A DNA stretch of 64,000 nucleotides from Opitutales bacterium (GCA_964291575.2 OZ219850.1:170808-234807), one strand, 5' to 3'. Counted from the stretch's first letter, positions 27,606 through 38,143 are shown. Notes: generated from the letters alone by a model not told the origin. Made by a program: numbers and translations.

Positions 27606-28952
27606 TTAAAATTTCTCGGTTTTAGCCAGAGGATTCTCAAACCAGATCACACCGAGTTTGAGGTTTTCCTCCGAGGTGACCACATCCGGATCGCCATCCA
27701 GATCCACATCGCAAAGCTGCAAATTGTCGTATTTCTCCTCAATGCGGCCCGGGGATTCACGGATGTCATGCAGTTTCCAACTGCCAGTTGTCGGTGTATC
27801 GTCATACTCGAGCCAGGAGACACGCGAGCCGACGCCCACATGGGTCGTGAATACGAGATCCACCTTACCGTCCCCATTCACATCGCCACACGCGACTCCC
27901 TTGGTCCCATTCTTGTAACCGGAGAAAGGGCGTTCACCATCCACATGCACCGGGCAGGAGGTAAATTCTTTCCCGTAGGCATGATTTCGGTACCAAGTTG
28001 CTACACGACTGCTTTGAGTATCCCGGTAGTCGGTGGCAACTATGTCGACATGACCGTTGCCGTCGAAGTCCGTCAAGGCCAGGAATGAAGCGGTATCCCC
28101 AAAAAGATCCACAGTGTGCATCCTCCAGGGCAAGTCCGGCAAAAAATTCGGACTGGGGTTTTCCAACCAAGCCAGCACATGTCGGGCTCCGGTTACGATG
28201 TCGAGATCCCCATCGCCATCCATATCGACCGGTTCGATACTCATAATACTGGGGGTTTCATTTGAGATCACGTACTCCTCCCATTCCATCGCCCGCGGAT
28301 CCTTTGAGGCCCGATACCAGTAGAGAGTTGGACTCGGTGTGCCTTTGTTCATTGCTCCCCCAATTACATCCAGTCCAGCCTCTCCATCCAACTGTGCCAC
28401 TTCTACCTGAACCCAGAGTCGCGCCGCCCTGTCTAAGCGCGTGCGAGTCCATCCGGTCTCATCCAGGTAGTCATTTGACGGACCGGGAGCCCAATGAATA
28501 AACAGTTGGCGGGTTGTCTCACTGGCAGTGATCACGTCCATCGATCCATCGCCATTCAGATCCCCGAATTTGGAATCTTCAATATCCCCCGCATCCAAAA
28601 TCACGCGTTTCACCCACTCCCCTTCCTTGGAATCAGAGCTGCCAGGATTCAAATACACAATGGCTTTGGAGGCATGCTGCCAGGCCGCCACCACATCCGG
28701 ATATCCGTCGTTGTCAACATCTTCCACATCGATACCGTCAGCGCCTTTTCCCATAAGTGGTCCCTTGTGAATGAAATGCATGATCCATTCGGCATCCTCA
28801 GTTTCCGACCCTTCTCTTTCAATAGAAGGCTTTATTGAATCGGTCGCCGAATCAGGGTACCCACAGGCGGCACAAAAGGAAAAGAAAAGGCCAAGACCAG
28901 CGAGGATATGCCCCAATCGTCTGCACAACGCTTCTGTTCCGTTTACCTGCAT
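27606..28952 (-). CDS. FG-GAP/VCBS repeat (integrin-alpha-like beta-propeller) lipoprotein
   Basis: Six or more D-x-[DN]-x-D-G-x-x-D Ca-binding repeats (DVDNDGYPDVV, DLNGDGSMDVI, DMDGDGDLDIV, DFDGNGHVDIV, DVNGDGKVDLV, DVDLDGDPDVV). N-terminal signal with Cys. Confidence 0.85.
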   Translation of the reverse strand: MQVNGTEALCRRLGHILAGLGLFFSFCAACGYPDSATDSIKPSIEREGSETEDAEWIMHFIHKGPLMGKGADGIDVEDVDNDGYPDVVAAWQHASKAIVYLNPGSSDSKEGEWVKRVILDAGDIEDSKFGDLNGDGSMDVITASETTRQLFIHWAPGPSNDYLDETGWTRTRLDRAARLWVQVEVAQLDGEAGLDVIGGAMNKGTPSPTLYWYRASKDPRAMEWEEYVISNETPSIMSIEPVDMDGDGDLDIVTGARHVLAWLENPSPNFLPDLPWRMHTVDLFGDTASFLALTDFDGNGHVDIVATDYRDTQSSRVATWYRNHAYGKEFTSCPVHVDGERPFSGYKNGTKGVACGDVNGDGKVDLVFTTHVGVGSRVSWLEYDDTPTTGSWKLHDIRESPGRIEEKYDNLQLCDVDLDGDPDVVTSEENLKLGVIWFENPLAKTEKF

Positions 28953-29067
28953 CCTTGTCCCCCATTATTATCTGTCGCCATACCCGGACTAGGCAAGCGA
29001 CATCCCGCCGGATATCAAAGTTAGCGTTTGAATAAGCAGGCCGCCTGCGGGTAAGTTCCTTAACCGG

Positions 29068-30933
29068 ATGAAAGGCTTATTGTTATCCCGGTTCCTCAAT
29101 GCCCAACTGATATTGATAATTCTGCTTTGCCCCATCGTCGGGGCCGCCGCTACGGAAAGACCCAACATCCTCTGGATCATCGCTGAAGATGCTTCTCCCC
29201 ACATTGGATGCTATGGCGAAACCCTCATCAAAACGCCGCGGTTGGATCAGATGGCCAGTAACGGCATCCGCTTTTCCCAGGCTTTTGTTACCGCTCCAGT
29301 CTGCTCCCCCTGCCGCTCGGCCATGATTACCGGAATCTATCAAACGACCCTGGGAGCCCAAAACCACCGCAGCCAGCAAACCGCGCTCAAAGGCGGCGGC
29401 AATACCGCCTACTACGACAGCTACGAGTTGCCGGGGGCGGTTAAACTGGTTCCGGAGCTTTTTCAGAAAGCAGGCTATTTCACTACCCTGGGCGATGGAC
29501 CGGATTGCCGGAAGCTGGGCAAGACCGACTACAATTTTATTTTCGACCCTTCCGTTTATCACGGGGCCGACTGGCGACTCTGCCCGACCGACCGGCCGTT
29601 CTTCGCCCAAATCATGCTGAAAGGCGGGAAAGACTGGCAACGGGTTCAACGCAGGACCGACCCCGATCGTGTCCAACTGCCGCCCTACTATCCGAACCAT
29701 CCTGTTTTGCGCAAACGCTGGGCGGCTTACCTCGACAGTTGGACCAAACAGGACCGGGAAGTTGGCCAGATCCTCGACGATCTGGAGAAAGCCGGAGTCG
29801 CTGAAAATACCATCGTCTTTTTCTGGACCGATCACGGACTGACCCATGCAAGGGCCAAACAATTTCTCTATGACGAGGGTATCAAAATTCCCCTGCTGGT
29901 GCGTTTCGGGGACAAACGCATGAAGGGAACGGTGCGAGACGATCTGATCCTGCAAATCGACGTTGCCGCAACCTCCCTGGCGTTGGCTGGGATTTCAGCG
30001 CCGGACAATATGCATGGAAGGAATGTATTCCAGGCGAACTACACACCGCGCAGCATGGTCGTTTCCGCACGCGACCGATGCGATGAGACCGTAGACATAA
30101 TCCGCTGCATCCGCACGAATCGCTTCAAGTACATCCGCAACTTCATGTCCTATCGTTCCCATACGCAACCGAACGAATCAAAAGACGACGAGGATTTCCT
30201 GCTGACCCTGAGAGCGCTGCAGGATTCGGGTAAACTGACCGAACTGCAGAGCCGAATCCTCGCCCCCACCCGCCCCGTGGAAGAACTGTATGACCTGCGG
30301 TCAGATCCATTCGAAACCGTAAACCTGGCCAACCGCCCGGAGTTCCGGAATACGCTCATAGATTTGCGAAAACAATTGTATTCCTGGATGAAGGACAGCG
30401 GCGATACAGGACTAATCCCGGAGCCTATCCTGGAAGACATGGGCCGCACCTTCGACAATAAGTATTTTATCTTAAAACAACCGAGGCACAGAAATCTCAT
30501 AGGCAATCTCATCAACCTTATCGAGGCCGGTGAACAGGCCAAAACGGACCCCTTGAACAATGCGCTGATGTCGCCGGATCCTTCCCACCGTTATTGGGCA
30601 GCCACCTGGCTTGGGATTAACGGAGGCGAGGAAAGCATCCACCTCCTGGAGGAGAGGTTGATGGATCCGGTCCCCGCCGTCCGAATTGCGACCGCCCGTT
30701 CTCTACATCAGCTTGGCAGCGCCCAAAACACAGTCCAAATCATTGCAGACGAAATCGGTGATTATAACCTCATTAACGGACTATTTGCCATGCGCGCCCT
30801 GGAATGGATTGGCCACGATTCCACGCTGGAGCGCCAGCACATCGAGGAAGCACGGAATCATCCCTACGAATATGTCCGGCGCATCGCAAACCGCCTTTCT
30901 GCAACTGGCATTGACCGGAAAAGCGGAATATAA
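29068..30933 (+). CDS. sulfatase with C-terminal HEAT-repeat domain
   Basis: Signal peptide. ILWIIAEDASPHIGCYG and CSPCRSAMITG motifs. The C-terminal ~150 aa show HEAT-like repeats (PDPSHRYWAATWLG.., DPVPAVRIATARSL.., NHPYEYVRRIANRL). Confidence 0.85.
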   Translation: MKGLLLSRFLNAQLILIILLCPIVGAAATERPNILWIIAEDASPHIGCYGETLIKTPRLDQMASNGIRFSQAFVTAPVCSPCRSAMITGIYQTTLGAQNHRSQQTALKGGGNTAYYDSYELPGAVKLVPELFQKAGYFTTLGDGPDCRKLGKTDYNFIFDPSVYHGADWRLCPTDRPFFAQIMLKGGKDWQRVQRRTDPDRVQLPPYYPNHPVLRKRWAAYLDSWTKQDREVGQILDDLEKAGVAENTIVFFWTDHGLTHARAKQFLYDEGIKIPLLVRFGDKRMKGTVRDDLILQIDVAATSLALAGISAPDNMHGRNVFQANYTPRSMVVSARDRCDETVDIIRCIRTNRFKYIRNFMSYRSHTQPNESKDDEDFLLTLRALQDSGKLTELQSRILAPTRPVEELYDLRSDPFETVNLANRPEFRNTLIDLRKQLYSWMKDSGDTGLIPEPILEDMGRTFDNKYFILKQPRHRNLIGNLINLIEAGEQAKTDPLNNALMSPDPSHRYWAATWLGINGGEESIHLLEERLMDPVPAVRIATARSLHQLGSAQNTVQIIADEIGDYNLINGLFAMRALEWIGHDSTLERQHIEEARNHPYEYVRRIANRLSATGIDRKSGI

Positions 30934-31757
30934 ACCCTCGACTTCTTACTCTTCAGGCGGGTCCACGCGCCCCACGATCGCCCCACTTCCCGGTTTTTCT
31001 TCAGGATACTCCACAACACCCATGGTTCTGACGGATCCCAGGCAAAGGCCTGCCCTTCCGCCGGAATTTGAATGGTATCCACCCATTTCAAAATGGATCC
31101 TCCCTTGGGTATTTCCAGAGCGTAGAGTTCCTTTCGATCGTGGCCCGTTCCATAGAGTCTCCCATCCGGTCCGAAAGCGCCACCCGAGCAACCATAATTC
31201 TCGAATCTTGCAACCAACTCCGCCGGAAATACCCAAGCCGCCACCCGGCGCCATTGCTCATCAAACTTGACCACCTGCGTCCAACTGGGATCCTTGCCCG
31301 GTTCCGCCGCCCGATTCCCATAATAGACAAAGCCGGCATACCAGAACCCGGCCCTGCGGTCGACCCAGGTGATCGAGCCGAATCCGTGCCCGAAGCTGTG
31401 CGACTCGATATGCTCCAGTGTCTCCGCATCGAATACCTCCACCGAACTGGTGGATGGCACCCCCGGGTAGTTGGAATGGGCCGCATACAACCTGCCCTCA
31501 TGAAAGAATCCGTCGTTCATGTGAATGAGCGGATCCCCCTCCGGACATTCCCAGGAAGCAACCCTGACTCCATCCGACTTCCGGTACTTCCCAATGGCAA
31601 AATCGGAAACGACGTAGGCAAACTCGTCATCGACGGCGACACCCTGTTTCGCTTCCGGCACCGGAAAGCGCCTGATCTCCGCGTGTTTTCTTTCCGCATG
31701 AGAAAGTGGGCGGAAAATACTGAAAAATAGGGCAAAGCACAAAGCGGCGCGAGTCAT
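30864..31757 (-). CDS. exported hypothetical protein (beta-propeller-like composition)
   Basis: 297 aa with a signal peptide (ALCFALFFSIFRPLSHA). No motif I can name. The last ~23 codons overlap the 3' end of the convergent sulfatase gene and look like read-through. Confidence 0.55.
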   Translation of the reverse strand: MTRAALCFALFFSIFRPLSHAERKHAEIRRFPVPEAKQGVAVDDEFAYVVSDFAIGKYRKSDGVRVASWECPEGDPLIHMNDGFFHEGRLYAAHSNYPGVPSTSSVEVFDAETLEHIESHSFGHGFGSITWVDRRAGFWYAGFVYYGNRAAEPGKDPSWTQVVKFDEQWRRVAAWVFPAELVARFENYGCSGGAFGPDGRLYGTGHDRKELYALEIPKGGSILKWVDTIQIPAEGQAFAWDPSEPWVLWSILKKNREVGRSWGAWTRLKSKKSRVYIPLFRSMPVAERRFAMRRTYS

Positions 31758-32062
31758 GGCGATGGGCTACATGTACACCTTGTCAAACGAGATGGTAGAG
31801 GCTTTTTAATAGGGGAATATCGGGTTGATTTCAGGATCGACTAATCAGGAAAATTGACCGTGTTTACATTTGACAAGGGTCGAGGATTATCCTTTCATGC
31901 CTTCTCCGCAAAATTTTTCGACTCTAACTAGGAAATATTCGTTGAGGTCGCTTTCCTCCCTTTTCCATGGCCGTAGGCCCATGTTCCGGATAATTTGTCC
32001 GTCTGACCGCTATTCCCACTATTTCAACGATCAAGGCACGTAAACTCCAAAAAACTATCCGC

Positions 32063-34957
32063 ATGAAAACGAATCAACTTCTCAGAAACAATGCCCCGGG
32101 GTTCTTCCCCCGTTTTTTTCGCCACCGTTTCGATTTGTTCACATTGGCCCTTATGCTGGCCCTGGCCGCGCCCGGCTTGAAAGCCGGAGACATCGAAGGG
32201 TTTGTCACCGACGCCAATACGGGAAGATATCTGCCCGGGGTTGAAGTGGTCGTCCTCGGCGAAGGCCGCATGGCCGTCACCGACCGCGATGGGAGTTATC
32301 GCATTCCCGATCTTCCCGCCGGGACCTATACCGTGCAGATTCGTTACATCGGTTACAGCCCCATCAGCGAATCGGTTGCCGTTCCCCAAACCGGATCGGC
32401 CACTCTATCCGTGGAAGTTGGATTGGAATTTGTGGAACTCCCCGCCTTCCGCGTGGAAGGTTACCGTGAAGCCCGGGCCCTGGCCCTCCAACAAAAGCGC
32501 ACCGCCAACAACATCCTCGATATCATCTCCGCCGACTCGGTGGGATCCCTGCCCGACCAGAATGTGGCGGAAGCTCTGGCCCGTATTCCCGGTGTCAGCC
32601 TGGACGTGGACGCCGGTGAAGGCCGCTTCGTCAGCATCCGTGGTCTGGAGCCGAACTTCAACAACGTGACCTTCAATGGCGCCACCGTGGCCGCCCCCGC
32701 CGCAGGTGGACGCGAAGGTCGAGCCATGCCCTTGGACGTAGTGGGTTCCGGTCAGATCTATCAGATTGAAGTCATCAAAGCGGTAACCCCCGACATGGAC
32801 GGCAATGCTCTTGGTGGGACGATTAATATCAAAAGCGTCAGCGCTTTCGATCAACCGGACCGATTTGTATTCGGTAAAGTTGAAGTGGGAGAAAACAGCG
32901 ATCGCAGCGGAACCCTCTTCGATGGGGATATCACTTGGGGGAATACCTTCAACGACGGCAAGATGGGGATCTCCCTTTCCGCCCACTATTCGGAACGGCC
33001 TTTTACATCCCATGAGATTCAGGCCAGTTACGGAGAGCAAAATGGCCGCTACTTTGTTGAAACCTTTGAACTCCAACCGGCCATGGGAGAACGGACCAGG
33101 ATGGGATTCAATTATAACATCGAATTCCTCCCGGATTCTGATTCCGAATTTTATATTCGCGGTATCTTCAACCAGTTCGACGAAAGTGAACGTCAACAGG
33201 AAATGATCATGGATACCCGCCGGGATCCGGAGTTCCTCTCCTCCACTGCGGCGGACTTCAACCGGATGCGCATGGAGCAACGGGACTTCCGCCGGGAAAT
33301 TGACCAAGGCCTGTTCAACATCTCGGTAGGTGGTCACCGCCAATACGATAATATGCGCGTTTCGGGAGACGTCACCTATTCGGTGGCGGAGGAAGAGGTG
33401 CCTTTCATTAAAACCGTTCAGTTCCGCACCGGAAACGAAGATTTTATCCAACAGCGCTTTTTCTATGAATTCAGCGGTCTCTACCCGAATTTTGATGACA
33501 AAGGTTTCCTCACCGAGCAACAGGATCAATTCAACCTGCGACGCTTCCGCGAGGACGATTCCTATTCCAAGGAAGAAACCTATGCGCCCCGCCTGGATTT
33601 CGAGTGGGAAAATGAGGACTTCCTCGGCGGACGGACTACTTTCAAATCGGGGGCGAAAATTACCTCGCGGGATCGCTTCGTGGACGATAACTCCACCCGC
33701 CCGGTGGGAGATTTCACCATGCTTCAGATCGCCGCTCCCGAACCTAACTCGGGATTCCCCATATATGGCGGGCGCTACCAATACCCTTCCACTCTGGATG
33801 TGTTGAAGGCCCTGGACTACCTCAATGCCAATCGCAGCGCCTTTGAGGTGGATCCGGTTGAATCTACCTCAAACTCCGTGGAAGACGACTACGACATCAC
33901 GGAAGATATCCTGGCCCTTTACTTCATGGCCACTATCCAGGCCTCGGAGAATATGACCGTCCTGGCCGGAATACGCTGGGAAGATACCGATGCCGGTCTG
34001 AAATCTTTCGAATTCCAAGAAGGGGAAACCGCCCAAGGGGATGTCTTTAACCTGGTCGAAACGGAAGGCGATTTCGCTTACAGTAATTTCCTTCCCAACT
34101 TGCAATTCCGTTATCAAATGGGCGCCAACACCATTTTGAGAACTGCCATCACCGGAACCGTTGGACGTCCTCCCTATGAAAAAGCAGCTCCCAACAATGT
34201 CTTCGAGTATGAAGAGCTGGACCCGGATGACCAAGCGGATCCCAACTTCCCCTTTATCGGAGAAGTTGAGCTCGGTAATCCGGAACTGTCGCCCTACGAG
34301 TCGATCAACTTAGAACTCGGCATAGAGCGCTATCTCGAGTCCGGTGGCCTTATTTCTGCCGGCTTTTTCCAAAAGGAAATCGATAACCCGATCTACGAAT
34401 TCTCTGAAGATCTCAGAAATGAGATCCGGCATGAAATCGCTTTTGAAGCATTGTCCAGGGTCCAGTTCAGAAACGCCGATAAAGGGTCCATTACCGGTTT
34501 CGAACTCGCCGCTCAGATTCCATTTAGCAGCTTTCTGGAGGAAGGTTTTCTCAATGGTTTCGGACTGGACGTCAATGCCACCTTCATCAGCTCCGATGTC
34601 ACCATCTTTGACCGCACGGAGGATGACCTTCCCTTCTTCCGTCAACCGGAGAACATCTACAACGTCGCCTTCTATTATCAAAAACACGGATTGGCAGCCA
34701 GGATCGCCTACAATTTCCAGGACGAGAGCCTGCGCGAACTGTCCGGCGGTGCCGACTCGGATCGCTGGGATGACACCCGCGACTATACGGACATTCAGGC
34801 CAGCTACGCCATCAGCGATAACTACACCATCTATATGAACTGGCAGAACATTTTCGAAGCCGAAAAGATTCGCACTTACGGCAGGGGCACCAAGCGCCTG
34901 CGCCGCGGTGAATTCTACGGCTCCTATGTCCGCGCCGGCATCCGTTACAATTGGTAG
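32063..34957 (+). CDS. TonB-dependent receptor with N-terminal carboxypeptidase-regulatory-like domain
   Basis: 964 aa. Signal peptide. GFVTDANTGRYLPGVEVVV...DGSYRIPDLPAGTYTVQIRYIGY (CarbopepD_reg-like). Plug (DIISADSVGSLPDQNVAEALARIPGVS). Barrel ending ...GIRYNW. Confidence 0.9.
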   Translation: MKTNQLLRNNAPGFFPRFFRHRFDLFTLALMLALAAPGLKAGDIEGFVTDANTGRYLPGVEVVVLGEGRMAVTDRDGSYRIPDLPAGTYTVQIRYIGYSPISESVAVPQTGSATLSVEVGLEFVELPAFRVEGYREARALALQQKRTANNILDIISADSVGSLPDQNVAEALARIPGVSLDVDAGEGRFVSIRGLEPNFNNVTFNGATVAAPAAGGREGRAMPLDVVGSGQIYQIEVIKAVTPDMDGNALGGTINIKSVSAFDQPDRFVFGKVEVGENSDRSGTLFDGDITWGNTFNDGKMGISLSAHYSERPFTSHEIQASYGEQNGRYFVETFELQPAMGERTRMGFNYNIEFLPDSDSEFYIRGIFNQFDESERQQEMIMDTRRDPEFLSSTAADFNRMRMEQRDFRREIDQGLFNISVGGHRQYDNMRVSGDVTYSVAEEEVPFIKTVQFRTGNEDFIQQRFFYEFSGLYPNFDDKGFLTEQQDQFNLRRFREDDSYSKEETYAPRLDFEWENEDFLGGRTTFKSGAKITSRDRFVDDNSTRPVGDFTMLQIAAPEPNSGFPIYGGRYQYPSTLDVLKALDYLNANRSAFEVDPVESTSNSVEDDYDITEDILALYFMATIQASENMTVLAGIRWEDTDAGLKSFEFQEGETAQGDVFNLVETEGDFAYSNFLPNLQFRYQMGANTILRTAITGTVGRPPYEKAAPNNVFEYEELDPDDQADPNFPFIGEVELGNPELSPYESINLELGIERYLESGGLISAGFFQKEIDNPIYEFSEDLRNEIRHEIAFEALSRVQFRNADKGSITGFELAAQIPFSSFLEEGFLNGFGLDVNATFISSDVTIFDRTEDDLPFFRQPENIYNVAFYYQKHGLAARIAYNFQDESLRELSGGADSDRWDDTRDYTDIQASYAISDNYTIYMNWQNIFEAEKIRTYGRGTKRLRRGEFYGSYVRAGIRYNW

Positions 34958-34974
34958 TCCTGGATGCTCGATTC

Positions 34975-35300
34975 TCGATTCTGGGTTACTCTCGCTACTT
35001 GTCACGCCGTAATCCATGAAGGCGGAAGCTCGCCAAGAGGCGCTAAGAGGCGCCTCCGGCGCCAGTGATCAGTGGTCAGTGAGCGCCATTATCTGCTTTC
35101 AGCAGAACAAGATCGCTTCGCGAGCAGTATTTAACGGAGGGCGGGTTTTCCAACCCGCCCATTCGTAGGGGCGAGGCATGCCTCGCCCACATTCCTTCAT
35201 GCCACGCCGTGAGGCGGGTCCCCTGGCGCCACAGGCGCCAATCGTGATCTTGATCTTGATCGTGATCTTGATCGAAAATCCCTGAGGAATTCCGTAGGAT
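34975..35300. repeat. mosaic word array with GC palindromes
   Basis: Contents: CTTGTCACGCCGTAATCCATGAAGGCGGAAGC, GGCGCC-TCC-GGCGCC, CAGTGGT units, hairpin GGGCGGGTT-TTCC-AACCCGCCC (35140-35161), perfect 20-nt palindrome GGGCGAGGCATGCCTCGCCC (35170-35189), (GATCAx)n. Confidence 0.85.
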
Positions 35301-35306
35301 GCTGAA

Positions 35307-36582
35307 ATGCCGCAAACTCATAAACGTCGGTCCTTCCTAAAGAAATCCCTTACCTCTGGTATGGGTCTGCTACTCGTTGCGCAGCTTCGGGGCCAAGGCA
35401 AAAACAACGCGGTTATTACTGCCGAAAACTACCTTCGTTCGATTCTTTATACTCCCGGGGAAGTTAGGGCTTGGCTTGCGGGAGAAGCCTTTCCCTTTGC
35501 CAGGTACAGCTCCGAGTTCGGATGGTTGCTGCCCGATGCCTATTTCAGGGACGGGGTGGATAATTCGGTATCCCAATACCGCTATGAAAAAGACGACGGA
35601 CCCCGCATACGCGTAAACTACGCCGGCAAGCCTTGCCGGATAAACACCTATGGTGACAGCTTTACACAATGTCACCAGGTGAGCGACGGAGAAACCTGGC
35701 AGGAAGTTCTGGCCGCTCACCTTCACGAACCGGTTCGCAATTTCGGTATCGGCGGATGGTCCGTTTACCAGGCTTACCTTCGCATGCTGAAGGAGGAGGA
35801 AAGAACGCCGTCTGACGTTATCATTTTCAACATCTACCACGACGATCATTCCCGAAACCTGGATGCCTGGAGGAATATCCGGGTAAACAAACACCAACGC
35901 TTCATTGAACCCACCCTTCCCCATCTTGTGGTTAATCCGACCACCGGGCTCTTTGAAGGAAATGCCCAATCCATGCCCAACCGAAGATAGTTTGATGAAC
36001 CTCTGTGATTTCGACTGGGTCTACAAGCGCTTCAAGGACGACTTTGCCTTGAGCATAGAGCTTGCACACCTGAACGCCGACACAGCGAATCCGAAAGCAC
36101 AATACAAAGACCTGCTGGATCTTGCCACGACCCACGGAATCAGGACTCGCGCGGACCAATACCCCACCCTCGAAAAAGCGGCCGATGCTCTGCACGACGA
36201 AGCGGCCTTCTATTCCACCATGCGATTGGTTGAAAAAATCGAAGACCATGTCGAACGAACAGGCAAGAGGCTGTTGTACATTCTCTCCTATTCGGCCGGG
36301 AAAATTGCTCGGATAAGGGATGAAGATCCAAGATGGGATAAAGCCTTTGTGGACTTTCTAAAAAAGCGAACACATCCGGTCGTCGATATGGCCCAGGAAC
36401 ACATAAGGGATCATGCGGAGAACTACAAAATCGATTTTAACGATTACCTGAAAAAATTCTTCGTGGGTCATTACAACCCACGGGGGAACTTCTTCTGCGC
36501 ATTCGCCGCCAAGGATGCCCTGGTGAAATTGCTCGATCCCAAACCCATGGCTTATTCGGACAATCCCGAAATCATGCAATGA
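35307..36582 (+). pseudogene. Tat-exported SGNH/GDSL-type hydrolase split by one frameshift (or a sequencing error)
   Basis: Track ORFs 35307..35990 and 35905..36582 are two halves of one gene. Tat motif KRRSFLKK. Block I TYGDSFT. Block II GIGGWS. C-terminal GHYNPRGN. The frame switch is near 35955-35965. Confidence 0.6.
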
Positions 36583-36667
36583 TGCCGGCAATCGTGCCAG
36601 GCCTGACACATGAGTTCGGCTGAATCATCTGCCAGGGCTACCAGGTATTTTCCATCTACTGAAACAA

Positions 36668-38143
36668 TCATCGTTGGATTTCCAGTTCGGCATAACGAAC
36701 GGAATGATACTCCTGCCCGTAGCCCATTTCCAAAAGGTCCACTCGGTTGCCAGGTTTACTTCCACCCCTCTCAGTGTTGGTAAAAAATCGGCCTTTCATA
36801 GGGGTTTTCAAGGGAACCCTCGCTATAGGACTCGGCTTTCCCGCATCATCCAGTTCAACCACGTACATTTCAGCGCCACTTTTCAAATCCGCTGAATATA
36901 TCCCCACCAAACTCCCATCTTCCAATCGGTGAAGTCGCCCCCAAAAAAGACCAACAAATCCTTTCTTTCCGGATTCCGATTCGCTGACTTCCACCAAGGA
37001 ACGCCTCAAAACCATTTTGCCTTCCTTCACCCGGGCGTATCCAATTTCTTGCGACAGGTCTTCACCGGGAAAAAACCGATCCCTTAAAAAGGGATATTGG
37101 AAACGTTGTTTGAGGTAGAGAATATGTGCCGTTCCGTCCTCATCGACTAACAGGTCCAGATTCATGGCATATCCCGGCCGATCCCGGATGCTGTCCACGA
37201 GAATCGATGGCTCGAAATGTCCGCGTTTAGCCTCCGGCGCCCATGTATAGTAAACATCCCGGAAGGCATAATCCCAATGTCGCCTGAAAACCTCATATTT
37301 GGCTTTTCTCCATTCTGCGACGGGCTCCTTTATATCACTGATGGCAAGGACATGGGCCTCTCCGTTCCTTACGAATAAATTTGGGTACAAGCTGCGAATC
37401 GGAAAGGTGAAGGGGAGGAAAGGATGCCACTTGCCTCCGGCATCACGGTAAGTTGGGTAATATAGCTCAGAATCAGGATCCAATACAAACAACAGGATCT
37501 CCCCTGTATGGGGCCACACTGCAATTCCCCGATAGGTGTGTTCCCGGAATCGACCACCCGATGAAAACTCTGGTTCAATCGTAGAGAGTCGCAGTTTCGT
37601 AGAATTCACCGAAAACCGGATGAGGTGAGGATGCGAATCCCACAAGGCGGCTTGGTTTTCCTCGCGAAAGAACCTGTACCTGGTTTTGGGATTTACAAAA
37701 ATTGCCAGAGAATCGGGCCCGACAAAAGCTATCGGACAGGGTTCGCGATTCCTCGGCCCTCGATCTTCCAAAACAACTTTCCAACCTCTGGCCAGGCGCT
37801 TGTAGATTTGCCAGAAGGTGTTTGCATAAGGTTCCTCGCCAATGACCGGACGCGAAAGGGAAAACCAGACATCGTCCCCTTTTCGGACCAACATGGGTGA
37901 TCCCGCATTCCAGCCGGGAGAAGAACCGTTGTTAAACCGCGGAATCCTCAAATCGATGGCTTCTTCGCGGTTTACCTCTACCCTTAAACCGAATACAGAG
38001 CCTGCCAGGACTGTGGAAAGGCCTAACGAAAGCCAGACTGTTCCATATCGAATATTCAAAATAACAATTCCGCTTCCTTCATGAATTGTTGGAGGACTGC
38101 GTATTCCAGGGACACTCTCATCCTGGCTCCCGGAAACAGTCAT
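36668..38143 (-). CDS. hypothetical protein, probably exported
   Basis: 491-codon ORF. A hydrophobic segment GTVWLSLGLSTVLAGSVFG near the N-terminus suggests the true start is an internal TTG near 38060. No nameable motif. Confidence 0.5.
   Translation of the reverse strand: MTVSGSQDESVPGIRSPPTIHEGSGIVILNIRYGTVWLSLGLSTVLAGSVFGLRVEVNREEAIDLRIPRFNNGSSPGWNAGSPMLVRKGDDVWFSLSRPVIGEEPYANTFWQIYKRLARGWKVVLEDRGPRNREPCPIAFVGPDSLAIFVNPKTRYRFFREENQAALWDSHPHLIRFSVNSTKLRLSTIEPEFSSGGRFREHTYRGIAVWPHTGEILLFVLDPDSELYYPTYRDAGGKWHPFLPFTFPIRSLYPNLFVRNGEAHVLAISDIKEPVAEWRKAKYEVFRRHWDYAFRDVYYTWAPEAKRGHFEPSILVDSIRDRPGYAMNLDLLVDEDGTAHILYLKQRFQYPFLRDRFFPGEDLSQEIGYARVKEGKMVLRRSLVEVSESESGKKGFVGLFWGRLHRLEDGSLVGIYSADLKSGAEMYVVELDDAGKPSPIARVPLKTPMKGRFFTNTERGGSKPGNRVDLLEMGYGQEYHSVRYAELEIQR

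Noticed and set aside
31778-31880. Inverted 10-mers CCTTGTCAAA / TTTGACAAGG about 80 bp apart upstream of the second TonB receptor, considered as an operator pair.
   Set aside because: It is a single occurrence with no second locus for comparison, so it is within chance expectation for a 300-bp AT-rich gap.
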